DNA of 64,000 bases from contig CAXXHG010000046.1 in the NCBI GenBank assembly GCA_963666315.2, positions 113,783-177,782 on the forward strand, in the 5' to 3' direction. Positions within the stretch are counted from its first letter, which is position 1; each line of letters starts with the position of its first letter. Position numbers and translations under genes: made by a program. The notes below the pieces were generated by a model. It was not told the DNA's origin. It saw nothing but the letters and a program-made list of their open reading frames with translations, and ran no database searches. This document shows, one piece after another, positions 22,449 to 31,737 of the stretch. This DNA is from Candidatus Binatia bacterium. Lineage in GTDB: Bacteria; Desulfobacterota; Binatia; Bin18.

Positions 22449-24068
22449 ATGAATGCCGTACAAGAATTCCAGACATCAGAAGCATTAACATTCGACAATC
22501 GATTCACCCGCGAACTGCCGGTCGATCCTGAAACCGAAAACTATCGCCGGCAGGTCACGCAAGCGTGTTACTCGCGTGTACAGCCCAGGAAAGTCACTCA
22601 GCCCCGGCTGGTCGCTTACGCGTGGGATGTTGCCCAGGAACTGAATCTTACGCCGGCGTTTTGCGAATCAGACGATTTCCCACACATCTTTTCGGGCAAC
22701 CGTTTGCTGGCAGGTATGGATCCCTACGCCACCTGTTACGGCGGCCACCAGTTCGGCAACTGGGCCGGGCAGCTCGGAGACGGCCGGGCCATCAACCTGG
22801 GCGAGATAGTCAATCGGGACGGCAAGCGGTGGGCATTGCAACTCAAAGGCGCCGGCCCTACGCCGTATTCACGAACGGCCGACGGTTTGGCCGTCCTCCG
22901 CTCGTCGCTGCGCGAGTTCTTGTGTAGCGAGGCCATGCATCATCTCGGTGTCCCTACTACACGCGCGTTAAGCCTGGTGTCGACGGGCGAGCAGGTCGTC
23001 CGGGATATGTTTTACAATGGCAACCCCAAGCCTGAGCCAGGAGCTATTGTGTGTCGGGTCGCGCCATCATTTACACGCTTCGGGAATTTTCAGCTATTTG
23101 CTGCGCGCGGAGAGATCGACGTGTTGAAACAACTGGTCGATTATACCATACGCACCGACTTCTCCCATTTGGGCGAACCATCGCGCGACACTTACCCGGT
23201 CTGGTTCGAGGAAGTCTGCCGCACAACGGCACAGATGATCGTACACTGGCTGCGCGTCGGCTTCGTCCACGGTGTGATGAACACGGACAATATGTCTATC
23301 CTCGGCCTCACCATAGACTACGGCCCGTATGGTTGGCTGGAAAATTACGATACCAACTGGACGCCGAACACCACCGACGCGGCCGGCCACCGGTATGCCT
23401 TCGGCAAGCAGCCACACATCGCGCATTGGAATCTCGTCCAGCTTGCCAATGCCATCTATCCACTGATTGAACAGACTGAACCGTTGGAAGAAGTGTTGAA
23501 CAGCTATGCAAAAGAATTTGAGCACGGCTGGCAATCCATGATGGCCCAAAAACTGGGGCTGCGAGCCTTCAAGCCTGACCTGGACGATACCCTATTCTCG
23601 GGCCTACTTGAGATTCTACAATTGGCCGAGACAGATATGACTATCTTCTATCGGCGGCTGGCTACAATTGATGTCAACGTCGAATCTCAGGACAAAACAG
23701 ACGCTACCGCTCTCATAGAACCTGTGTTGGACGCCTACTACGTCCCGGAGCAATTAACGCAAGACACAACGATGCGCGTCACTAATTGGCTGCGCCGCTA
23801 CCAAGAACGCGTGAGAGAAGATGGCACGGATAACGAGACGAGACGCAAACGAATGAACGCGGTCAACCCGAAATATGTACTGCGCAACTATCTGGCCCAG
23901 CTTGCCATCGACAAGGCCGAACAGGACGACAATTCGATGCTGAACGAATTACTGGAACTCCTCCGCCATCCATATGATGAACAACCTGACAAAGAAGAAT
24001 ATGCGAAAAAACGTCCCGACTGGGCGCGCCAACGTGCGGGCTGTTCGATGCTGTCGTGTAGTTCGTGA
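22449..24068 (+). CDS. selO: Protein adenylyltransferase SelO (YdiU/UPF0061)
   Basis: YGGHQFGNWAGQLGDGRA, HGVMNTDN, NPKYVLRN, C-terminal CSMLSCSS. Confidence 0.95.
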   Translation: MNAVQEFQTSEALTFDNRFTRELPVDPETENYRRQVTQACYSRVQPRKVTQPRLVAYAWDVAQELNLTPAFCESDDFPHIFSGNRLLAGMDPYATCYGGHQFGNWAGQLGDGRAINLGEIVNRDGKRWALQLKGAGPTPYSRTADGLAVLRSSLREFLCSEAMHHLGVPTTRALSLVSTGEQVVRDMFYNGNPKPEPGAIVCRVAPSFTRFGNFQLFAARGEIDVLKQLVDYTIRTDFSHLGEPSRDTYPVWFEEVCRTTAQMIVHWLRVGFVHGVMNTDNMSILGLTIDYGPYGWLENYDTNWTPNTTDAAGHRYAFGKQPHIAHWNLVQLANAIYPLIEQTEPLEEVLNSYAKEFEHGWQSMMAQKLGLRAFKPDLDDTLFSGLLEILQLAETDMTIFYRRLATIDVNVESQDKTDATALIEPVLDAYYVPEQLTQDTTMRVTNWLRRYQERVREDGTDNETRRKRMNAVNPKYVLRNYLAQLAIDKAEQDDNSMLNELLELLRHPYDEQPDKEEYAKKRPDWARQRAGCSMLSCSS

Positions 24069-24154
24069 TGATCGGCAAAGCTCGACCACCCAAGGTAAAT
24101 AAACATACCTCATAAAAAGTTGCATTGGCCTTGCGGGATTGATGCGAAGAAAAA

Positions 24155-25110
24155 ATGATGATGGATCGTAACTTCGAAATGATTAAAACAAACGGTGTCA
24201 CGCTGCGCACAGTGGCGGAAGGAGATGGACCGCTGGTTATACTGCTGCACGGCTGGCCGCAGTGTTGGTATTTGTGGCAGCATCAGATCGATCCCATCGT
24301 CGCGGCGGGTTATCGCGTCGCTGTTCCTGATCAACGTGGCTACGGCGGCAGCTAGTGCCCCCCCGCAGTCTCCGATTACAATATTCGGACTCTTGCCGCC
24401 GACGTTGCCGGCATTGCACTAGCCCTAGGCTACGATGAATTCAATCTGATCGGCCACGACTGGGGCTGCGTTGTGGCCTGGAATACCGCCCTACTCCATG
24501 AGGACACGTGTAAAGCGATAATGGGACTGTCCGTACCATTTTGGCGCATGGGGGATGCCGCTATTAATCCCTCCGGGATGGACGATCAGTTTTGGTATTT
24601 CCGCTACTTCCAAGAAGAAGGCATCGTCGAAGCCGAGCTTGAAAAAGATTTGGAACGCAGCCTCCGGATACTCTACTACGGCCTCTGTGCCGACTCGCCT
24701 GCACAGAGTTGGATGAAGCAATTGGAGCATCCAAAGTCGAGCGGCCTGCTGGATGTACTGCCTGAGCCAGAGCAGCTGCCGACCTGGCTTACCCAAGCGG
24801 ATCTGGATTATTATGTCGAGCAGTACCGGACGAGCGGTTTCGGAGGGCCGGTTAATTGGCACCGCAATATTCCGACCAATAATGGCATCACACCGGAACT
24901 CGAAGGCAAAAAGTTTTCCCAGCCTGCGGCATTCGTTGCGGGTGCTGAGGATAACGTACTGCTCTACGATCCCGACTGGCGGAACACGTTTCCGGCTGCT
25001 TTCGATGATCTACGCTTCCTCGAAATAATCGCAGGCGCAGGCCATGGGTCCAGGCCGAAAAACCACAAGAAACGAACGAGCTGATCCTGTGTTTTTTGCG
25101 GGAACTGTGA
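24155..25110 (+). pseudogene. Epoxide hydrolase-like alpha/beta hydrolase
   Basis: LLHGWP, PDQRGYGGS*, GHDWG; TAG at 24353-24355 and frameshift near 25047. Confidence 0.85.
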
Positions 25111-25163
25111 GTTAGATACGGTGGGTCGCTCAGACCCACCCGGTTCAGACACGAACCCCTTGG

Positions 25164-25778
25164 CTACTTCCCAATCGCCTTGGCCCGGTCGAGCGAAGGC
25201 CGAGCATAACAGGCGTCGGTCCAGCGCTTCACATTGGTGTAGGCTGCGCTATCGAATTTCACCATCGATAAAAGCAACATAACCCCAGACACGTTCAGAT
25301 CAGCGATACTGAAGGCGCCACCAACCAGCCAGTCTTTATTGGCCAGCGTATTATCAAGCACCTTCAAGGGCCGAGCCAGTGTTTTCTCAGCAGCAGCAAT
25401 AGCATCCGCACTGCGCTTTTCCTCAGGTGTAAAAAACTTTTGGACGACGATGTCCATCTGTGGCGGCTCGATCTCGGTCATGACCCACACACTCCATTGC
25501 CAGGCCAGAGCTTCATTGGCAGGATCGCGCGGATACAGATCACCACCGTAGGTCTTGGCCAGGTAGAGATTAATCGCCATGGACTCAAAGAGGGTAAGGT
25601 CGCCATCTTGTAAGGCGGGAATACGACCATTCGGATTCACCGCGAGATACTCCGACTTTTTCGACTCCTCCATGAAATTGACCGAGACATGCTCATACTC
25701 AATCCCGACTTCCTCAATAGCCCACATCGAACGTATCGCGCGCGAGCCGGAAATACCGTACAGCTTTGGTTTTGCCAT
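25164..25778 (-). CDS. Glutathione S-transferase
   Basis: NPNGRIPAL, LFESMAINLYL, FSIADL. Confidence 0.93.
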   Translation of the reverse strand: MAKPKLYGISGSRAIRSMWAIEEVGIEYEHVSVNFMEESKKSEYLAVNPNGRIPALQDGDLTLFESMAINLYLAKTYGGDLYPRDPANEALAWQWSVWVMTEIEPPQMDIVVQKFFTPEEKRSADAIAAAEKTLARPLKVLDNTLANKDWLVGGAFSIADLNVSGVMLLLSMVKFDSAAYTNVKRWTDACYARPSLDRAKAIGK

Positions 25779-25991
25779 GTTTGCATTCCTTTCTGTTTCT
25801 TTACGTCATGGAGTATCATCTTGGGTGGCAGACGTCTGCACGCTACCCACGGATTGAGCATCTCGCGTATCAAGCATTGATTGTGACTCGACGCAACTCG
25901 CGAGATAAGGTAGAAATCGAGCCTTACATTGACCATCTGATAAGCTCTTCGGCGTTCATAACATCCCCGGACGGGGAGAAAGGGTGTCAGG

Positions 25992-27152
25992 ATGAACAGT
26001 GCCGCCACAGCAATTTCCGCAGATTACGGCTCGGAGGAAACGGCGATGCAAGCCTATCTCGCTGAGGGCGGGCGCAAGGCATTCTCCCTCCAGAACCGTG
26101 GGCCTATCCGCTACACGCCGGACGGCAAGATCGACCCCGCCATCCTCGACGCCTATTGGCACTATGGGTTCTACGTGTTTGAAGGGGTACTCGGTGCGGA
26201 AGAGCTCGCTGACATCGAGGTGGACTTTCAGGAGATCCTGGGGCGCCTTCCCAGCGAAAAGGGATCGCCGGTTGATGCTACGGGGCGTCCCGCTCTCGCC
26301 CACGGCTGCCAGGCGCACACGTTATTTTGGTCGAACCCCCTGGGAGATCCCTTTGGCGGAACGAAGTTCGGCAACGGTCGTCATCCGGTCAAAATGGTCG
26401 AGCCCACTCCAGCGGACGACGCGCCAGAAGAGATCGTCTATCTGATCCTGGGCTCGCTTCAATTCTCGGATGCGTGCCTACGCACTTATGGACATCCTGA
26501 TCTCTTAGCAGTAGCCGCGGCCGTGAACGGCGAGGACTTCGTGCCGTACACCGATGCGCTGTTTATCAAAGCGCCGGGTCTCGGCGCCTCTGTCGCGTGG
26601 CATCAGGACGGTATCACTCACTGGGAGAGCGCCGATTGGGATCAGGGCTCGCACGGCTTCAACTTTATGGGCCAGCTCTATGGTTGCACACCCGCCAACG
26701 GGGTTTGGGTGGTGCCTGGATCCCACAAAGTGGGCCGGATCGATATTAAGGCGAAGGTGGCCGAAGCGGGGACCGAACGGCTTCCCGACGCGGTGCCTAT
26801 GGTCTGTCAGCCCGGCGACGTCGTAATCAGCAACCGTCAGCTCCTACACGGCTCGTTCGCGAATACAAGCAAAGATTGGCGGGTCACCGTCAATATGGGG
26901 TTCCACCGCCGTGCGTCGGTGCTCGGAGTGCAAGGCGGCGGCCTGCTCGGCAAGGATACCGTCTACGATGCAGACCATATCAGACAACGCTCGCGGACTA
27001 TCGGTTACGCCATCGACGCGCGACACCAGCGCTTCCCCGAAGAAACCCCTTTCGTCTATCGACCCTTCGCCAATGCCGGGGAGACCTACGAGTGGAACGC
27101 CGCGGCCAAGGCCAGCCTCTCGGACTATAATCTGCTCGACATAGGCGTGTAG
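25992..27152 (+). CDS. PhyH family dioxygenase
   Basis: VAWHQDG, VVPGSHK, LLHGSFAN. Confidence 0.88.
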   Translation: MNSAATAISADYGSEETAMQAYLAEGGRKAFSLQNRGPIRYTPDGKIDPAILDAYWHYGFYVFEGVLGAEELADIEVDFQEILGRLPSEKGSPVDATGRPALAHGCQAHTLFWSNPLGDPFGGTKFGNGRHPVKMVEPTPADDAPEEIVYLILGSLQFSDACLRTYGHPDLLAVAAAVNGEDFVPYTDALFIKAPGLGASVAWHQDGITHWESADWDQGSHGFNFMGQLYGCTPANGVWVVPGSHKVGRIDIKAKVAEAGTERLPDAVPMVCQPGDVVISNRQLLHGSFANTSKDWRVTVNMGFHRRASVLGVQGGGLLGKDTVYDADHIRQRSRTIGYAIDARHQRFPEETPFVYRPFANAGETYEWNAAAKASLSDYNLLDIGV

Positions 27153-27195
27153 GAGAACCCATGCCGCGGAGGATGCGGAATACGGAGGAATCAGT

Positions 27196-27410
27196 ATGAC
27201 GGACAAAATGAATGTGGGCATCTATCTGTTCGAAAATATGACCATGCTCGATGGCTTTGCGCCGCTGCAAATCCTGGCATACGTTGAACAGTTCAATACG
27301 TTCACATTTTCGCCAAACAAGGGACCGCTACAGTCCGATAGTGGCGCAGTCCTCACTCCGGATTATGATTTCGCATCGTGTCCACCACTCGATATTCTTG
27401 TCATGCCCGT
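27196..27410 (+). pseudogene. Truncated DJ-1/PfpI family protein
   Basis: VGIYLFENMTMLD..PLDILVMP, then runs into a REP and IS. Confidence 0.75.
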
Positions 27411-27421
27411 GGAAACGGGAC

Positions 27422-28438
27422 CGTGGATTCACATTTGAAGTGCAACAGTTGCTGTAAAAGAACCTCTGCAGGAGTGTGGTAGGCAAGACATTTTCGGGGT
27501 GTGTTGTTGTAGGCACGGATGAGGGCATTAAAGCGGTTTGTGCGCAGGCTGGCGAGGGCGGTGTTGCGCGGGATGGTTCGCCGCATGCGACCAAGGGCAT
27601 TTTCAATGCCGCCCTTCTGCCACGGCTTATGGGGGTCGCAAAAGAAGGTCTGAATGGCCAGGGGATGCAATTGGTAGTGCTGGACGAACTCGGTGCCATT
27701 ATCGAAGGTCAGGGTTTGGCGCAAGCTTGGGGCAAGGGTTTGAGGAGCTGGACCATCAGCCGGGCCATGGGCTGAGCCGCCTTGCTGGGCGGTCGGGCCG
27801 CGAGGAGGACCGGGGAGTGGCGTTCATGCATGGTCAGGATGGCCGGTCCGTAGTGGGCGAATACCATCAGAGCGGCTTCCCAGTGGCCGGGGACCTGGCG
27901 GTCGGTGGCGCAGGCCGGGCGGTCCGAGAGGGGCCGGCGGGCTTTCGAAGAAGCGGACCGGAGAGCCGCGCTTCTTGCCGCGCCCGCCGCGTTTGGATTT
28001 GGCGCGGGGCAGATAGAGCCGCCAGCGGTCATCCTTGGTGCGCGCCAGTTGTGCATAGAGAAACCGGTAGATGCTCTCGTGGCTGATCACCTGGCTGCCG
28101 GGCTCAACCGCCAGCCGGCCGGCCACCTGCTCCGGCGCCCAGGGCCTTGACGCGCAGCTCCTTCTTGCGTTCCAGCTTCGAGCCGTTCCACCTCCGGGCG
28201 CAAGCCTGCTGATCGGCATAGGCCGGGGTGTAGGCCCCCTGGGTGCCCTGGTTCCGCTTTATCTCGCGAGCAATGGTCGATGGCGCGCGATCCACAGCTG
28301 CTGCAACTTGCCGGAGCGAGCTCCCCGCGCCTTGAAGACCGGCAATCTTCCACCGCTCCTCAACTGAAAGTTGTCTGTATCTCTTGTCCATGACAACACC
28401 TTATCCAGCTCGTGTTGCACTTGGTTTGTGAATCTAGA
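27422..28438 (-). mobile_element. IS30-family insertion sequence with frameshifted transposase
   Basis: YRQLSVEER HTH, ISHESIYR, PGHWE, LTFDNGTEF, PWQKGGIEN, YNNTPRKCL; imperfect IRs CGTGGATTCACATTTGAAGTGCAACA / TCTAGATTCACAAACCAAGTGCAACA. Confidence 0.92.
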
Positions 28439-28499
28439 GAATCCAGAGAAGCGGGGTTACACTCCGATGACTGGCTTCAGCCCGTTTCGTTAGGCGCTC

Positions 28500-29723
28500 T
28501 TAGGACGTTGGGATGCGGAGTACTTTCCCAGCCTGAATGCGACGGCTGCGGAGCCTGTTGACCCGCATCAACGTAGAAATCTTTGTGTGGTATCGACGCG
28601 CGATACCACCTAAGGTATCCCCCCATCGGACGCGATACCGTGTAGTTCCTCCCCGGCCTGAGGCTGGAATGCGTAAAGTCGAGCCGGCATTAATACGCGT
28701 ACTGCGCAGCCCGTTCGCAACCCTGAGGGCGGTAACGGTCGTACGGTGACGCCGCGCAATTTTTTCAAGCGAATCTCCCCAGCGCACGGTGTATGTGCGG
28801 TATTTTCGAACGCTTGCTCGCCGTGCTGTCTCCCCCCGGGAGGAAGACCGAGTACGCATTGTCGCTGCCCCGTCAGACACCCCGCGCGTACCGGGCTTAG
28901 CCACAAGGGTGGTTGAGACCGAGACCTGCTTTCCCACTGGCAGAGGATGGAAGTGCCACAAATCGTTATTTTGGTGAAAGGTATGAGGGTCGATCCGAAA
29001 GACGCCGGCCAGGACGTCGGGCGCATCTCCAATACGAGTCGTGTAGACAAGATTGTTTGTAGCCAGTTTCGTCAGGTACTCCGGCCCCGTGGCGGGATAG
29101 GCGACCAGCATGCCAGCCCGCAGTGATCGTGTTGCCAGCATAGGATTGTAGAAGCGCAGGACAGCGGGCGGCAGTTCTACCGCGCGCGCCAGCGATTCCC
29201 ACGACTCTTTATCCTGGACTGTGCGGAGCTTCAGCCGTTCGGCCTGTCTGCGCACCTCGGCTTCGTACTCGCGCAATACGGATTTATAATGTCCTACCCC
29301 AACGATATAGCGTAGGGTTGTGAATCGGAGCGGCTGATCTTCCTCGACCCGGTCAGGCCCCACGGTATAGGCCGCCAGCACATAATCTTCACGCACAAAC
29401 TGGTTTTGCAACTGCGCAATATATTTCATTCCGGCATCGATGTTGGCCTCAACGCCCAGAAGCCGAACGAGGCCAGGTGAGAGCTGGAAATAGCCGACGT
29501 CGCCGTCGGAAGAAACCCAGCCGGCGTTGCCACCTGATTCCTGCAGAATAACAGCCCGTGCCAGGCGATGATCCACCCCGTAGCGAGCCGCGTAGGTGAA
29601 GAGTTCGCTGTCAATCTCAATCGTCTTGCGGTACATGCCTAAGAGCGCAGGAGAGATCTCTACTGCAGCCCAGGCCGACTGGCCCCAAAGCAGACCGCTC
29701 AGAAACACCAACCACCACAACAT
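28500..29723 (-). CDS. Lytic transglycosylase (SLT) with LysM repeats
   Basis: Signal peptide, AVILQESGG, GYFQL, two clear C-terminal LysM motifs (YTVRWGDSL, YRVRWGDTL). Confidence 0.85.
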   Translation of the reverse strand: MLWWLVFLSGLLWGQSAWAAVEISPALLGMYRKTIEIDSELFTYAARYGVDHRLARAVILQESGGNAGWVSSDGDVGYFQLSPGLVRLLGVEANIDAGMKYIAQLQNQFVREDYVLAAYTVGPDRVEEDQPLRFTTLRYIVGVGHYKSVLREYEAEVRRQAERLKLRTVQDKESWESLARAVELPPAVLRFYNPMLATRSLRAGMLVAYPATGPEYLTKLATNNLVYTTRIGDAPDVLAGVFRIDPHTFHQNNDLWHFHPLPVGKQVSVSTTLVAKPGTRGVSDGAATMRTRSSSRGETARRASVRKYRTYTVRWGDSLEKIARRHRTTVTALRVANGLRSTRINAGSTLRIPASGRGGTTRYRVRWGDTLGGIARRYHTKISTLMRVNRLRSRRIQAGKVLRIPTS

Positions 29724-30107
29724 CCTTCATCCTCCAGTGTTACTGAGTTAAACGATCACTATAGCAAGGATCATGTCTCAGAGACAAGGATTCCTGTCAT
29801 AATTCTCGACAATCTCGATAATTTCCTCCCGGGACTTGATCCTTGTATAATGATGTATGCATTCTTTCGGAACTGCTCACGCCGATTTTCTGCTGACGAG
29901 CCGGGCAAAACATTTGCCAAAACACCGGCATACAAAGACACTTCTGAATCATGCGCCAGCCACTTGCAGAGCAGAACCAAAAACTCTTGTAAACGCGGGC
30001 CAAGAAGTCCGAGCGAGGCAGGACGTAAGCCGCATTGAGTCGGAACCAAGTTTTCCGTATGGTGGGAAACCAACAGCACACGGTGATAGATAGTTGGAGG
30101 AAAGAAA

Positions 30108-30206
30108 ATGGAAAATCAGGGACAAGGGCCAGCCTGGATTGTTTTTTTCGTATGGATGCTCGTACCGCTGCTGCTCTTCTTTCTTGTTCTCACGTTCACC
30201 GGGTAG
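30108..30206 (+). CDS. Putative 32-aa single-pass membrane peptide MENQGQGPAWIVFFVWMLVPLLLFFLVLTFTG
   Basis: GGAGG 7 nt before ATG, one hydrophobic run, same strand as and 54 nt upstream of the DsbA gene. Confidence 0.55.
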   Translation: MENQGQGPAWIVFFVWMLVPLLLFFLVLTFTG

Positions 30207-30260
30207 AAGAGGCCAAGAGTAGGCTAGGTAGGCAACACAGGAAGAGGGGAACCCCAAAGC

Positions 30261-31301
30261 ATGAAAGGAAGTATTGTGACACGGTCAGCATGGACGAAAA
30301 ACGTCGGTCTCGCTTTCACCTTTCTGGCGGGGATTGCGGTCGCGCCCAGCATACTCCAGGCAGAGGCTACAAGCGCCGTCCTGGCAACGGTCGGCGAGAA
30401 GAGCATCAGCGAAGCCGACATCGCCAAGCAGATAAAAGGTCAGATGCTACGGCTGGACAACCAGATCTATGCGCTGAAAAAGAAAGCCATCGATACCATT
30501 ATCAATAATCATCTCATGGCTGGGGAGGCCAAGAAGCGAGGTATCACGCGCCAACAGCTTACCAAACAGGAGGTGACGGACAAGGTCGCAGCCGTGACAG
30601 ACGCAGAGGTCACTGCCTATTATACTAAGAACAAAGCGCGGCTGCGTGGAAAAAAACTGGAAGAAGCCCGAGATCAGATCAAACAAACACTCCAAAGCCA
30701 AAAGCAGCAACAACGGCAGCGAGCATTTACGGCCGAGCTACGCAAGACGGCCGCAATCGACATGAAGATCAGCCCTCCGGTTGTTGAGGTACCGATTGCC
30801 GGCGCACCGACCAAAGGTCCGGAGAACGCACCGATTACGCTCGTTGAGTTTTCCGACTTTCAATGACCTTACTGCGCCCGAGTGCAGTCTGCACTCACCC
30901 AAATTCAAGAGAACTATAAAGATCAGGTCAAAATCGTTTTCAAAGATTTTCCCTTAACCCGCATTCACGCTCAGGCGTATAAAGCCGCAGAGGCCGCCCG
31001 TTGCGCCGGCGATCAGGACAAGTATTGGGAATATCACGATATCCTGTTTGCCAATGCCCGCGCGCTCCAACCCGATAAGCTCAAGCAGTACGCTGCAGAC
31101 CTCAAACTCGACACCGCCCAGTTTGACGCTTGCTTAGACAACAATGCCTATACCGGAGCGGTCAGCAAAGATTTGGCGCTGGGCACCCGGCTCGGGGTAA
31201 CCGGTACGCCGGCTTTCTTTGTGAACGGGCGTTTTCTATCCGGAGCCCAGCCCTATTCGGCTTTTGCCGAATTGATCGACGAAGCGCTGGCAGCGCAGTA
31301 A
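30261..31301 (+). CDS. DsbA-like selenoprotein (SurA-like N-terminal region + thioredoxin_4), Sec at TGA 30864-30866
   Basis: EFSDFQ-U-PYC; both halves in frame; GVTGTPAFFVNG; SECIS-like hairpin 13 nt after the UGA. Confidence 0.9.
30880..30896 (+). promoter_or_regulatory. Bacterial SECIS-like hairpin
   Basis: GAGTGCA-GTC-TGCACTC, perfect stem with GU in the loop. Confidence 0.8.
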
Positions 31302-31310
31302 TCTTGCTTT

Positions 31311-31338
31311 ATAGGGGCGACCGACCGGTCGCCCTTAG
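31311..31338. repeat. Degenerate GTAGGGGCG-type REP palindrome
   Basis: ATAGGGGCGACCGACCGGTCGCCCTTAG. Confidence 0.8.
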
Positions 31339-31589
31339 GTTTCCTCCCCTATTTTCTGGGGCATACGTCGTGGCAGCCCCCCACAACGTTGGAGGGCTAA
31401 GGCGTCAAGCCGTTCTTGGAATGTTCTTTTTTCAGCCGGGGTCCGGCAGGGCAAGGCACCCAGCTCTTGGCGTTCTTCAACCCTCAATGCTTGCCATTCT
31501 TTTAAGTGCAGTTTGATGCCAGCCTGATCAAGCTTGTCGCGGACAGAGCGAGGGATCCAGTCGAGATCAGCTTTCTCCATAGCCGTCAC
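31335..31589 (-). CDS. Short nitrate-reductase-associated (NarM-like) protein
   Basis: IPRSVRDKLDQAGIKLHLKEWQAL..ERQEL..LPC resembles the N-terminal half of that family. Confidence 0.6.
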   Translation of the reverse strand: MTAMEKADLDWIPRSVRDKLDQAGIKLHLKEWQALRVEERQELGALPCRTPAEKRTFQERLDALALQRCGGLPRRMPQKIGEET

Positions 31590-31737
31590 CTTTCAGAATA
31601 CTGTCAGCATACTGATATTTTTGGCCCTACCCGCTTTCTTGAAACAGCGCAAGCCAGTCTCTCTACCCATCCGTTTTTTTACCCTTGCGTCTACCCCTCT
31701 TGGCGATACAGAAAAGGGTATGGTAAGGCTTCAGTCC

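Noticed and set aside
24040-24071. SelO as a selenoprotein
   Set aside because: The C-terminus is CSMLSCSS with TGT at the position where eukaryotic SelO has Sec; the TGA is the normal stop.
29770-30090. Riboswitch (c-di-AMP or c-di-GMP) upstream of the LysM gene
   Set aside because: Only a short CCCG..CGTCAGC resemblance on the minus strand; the other conserved blocks were not found. An Rfam scan would settle it.
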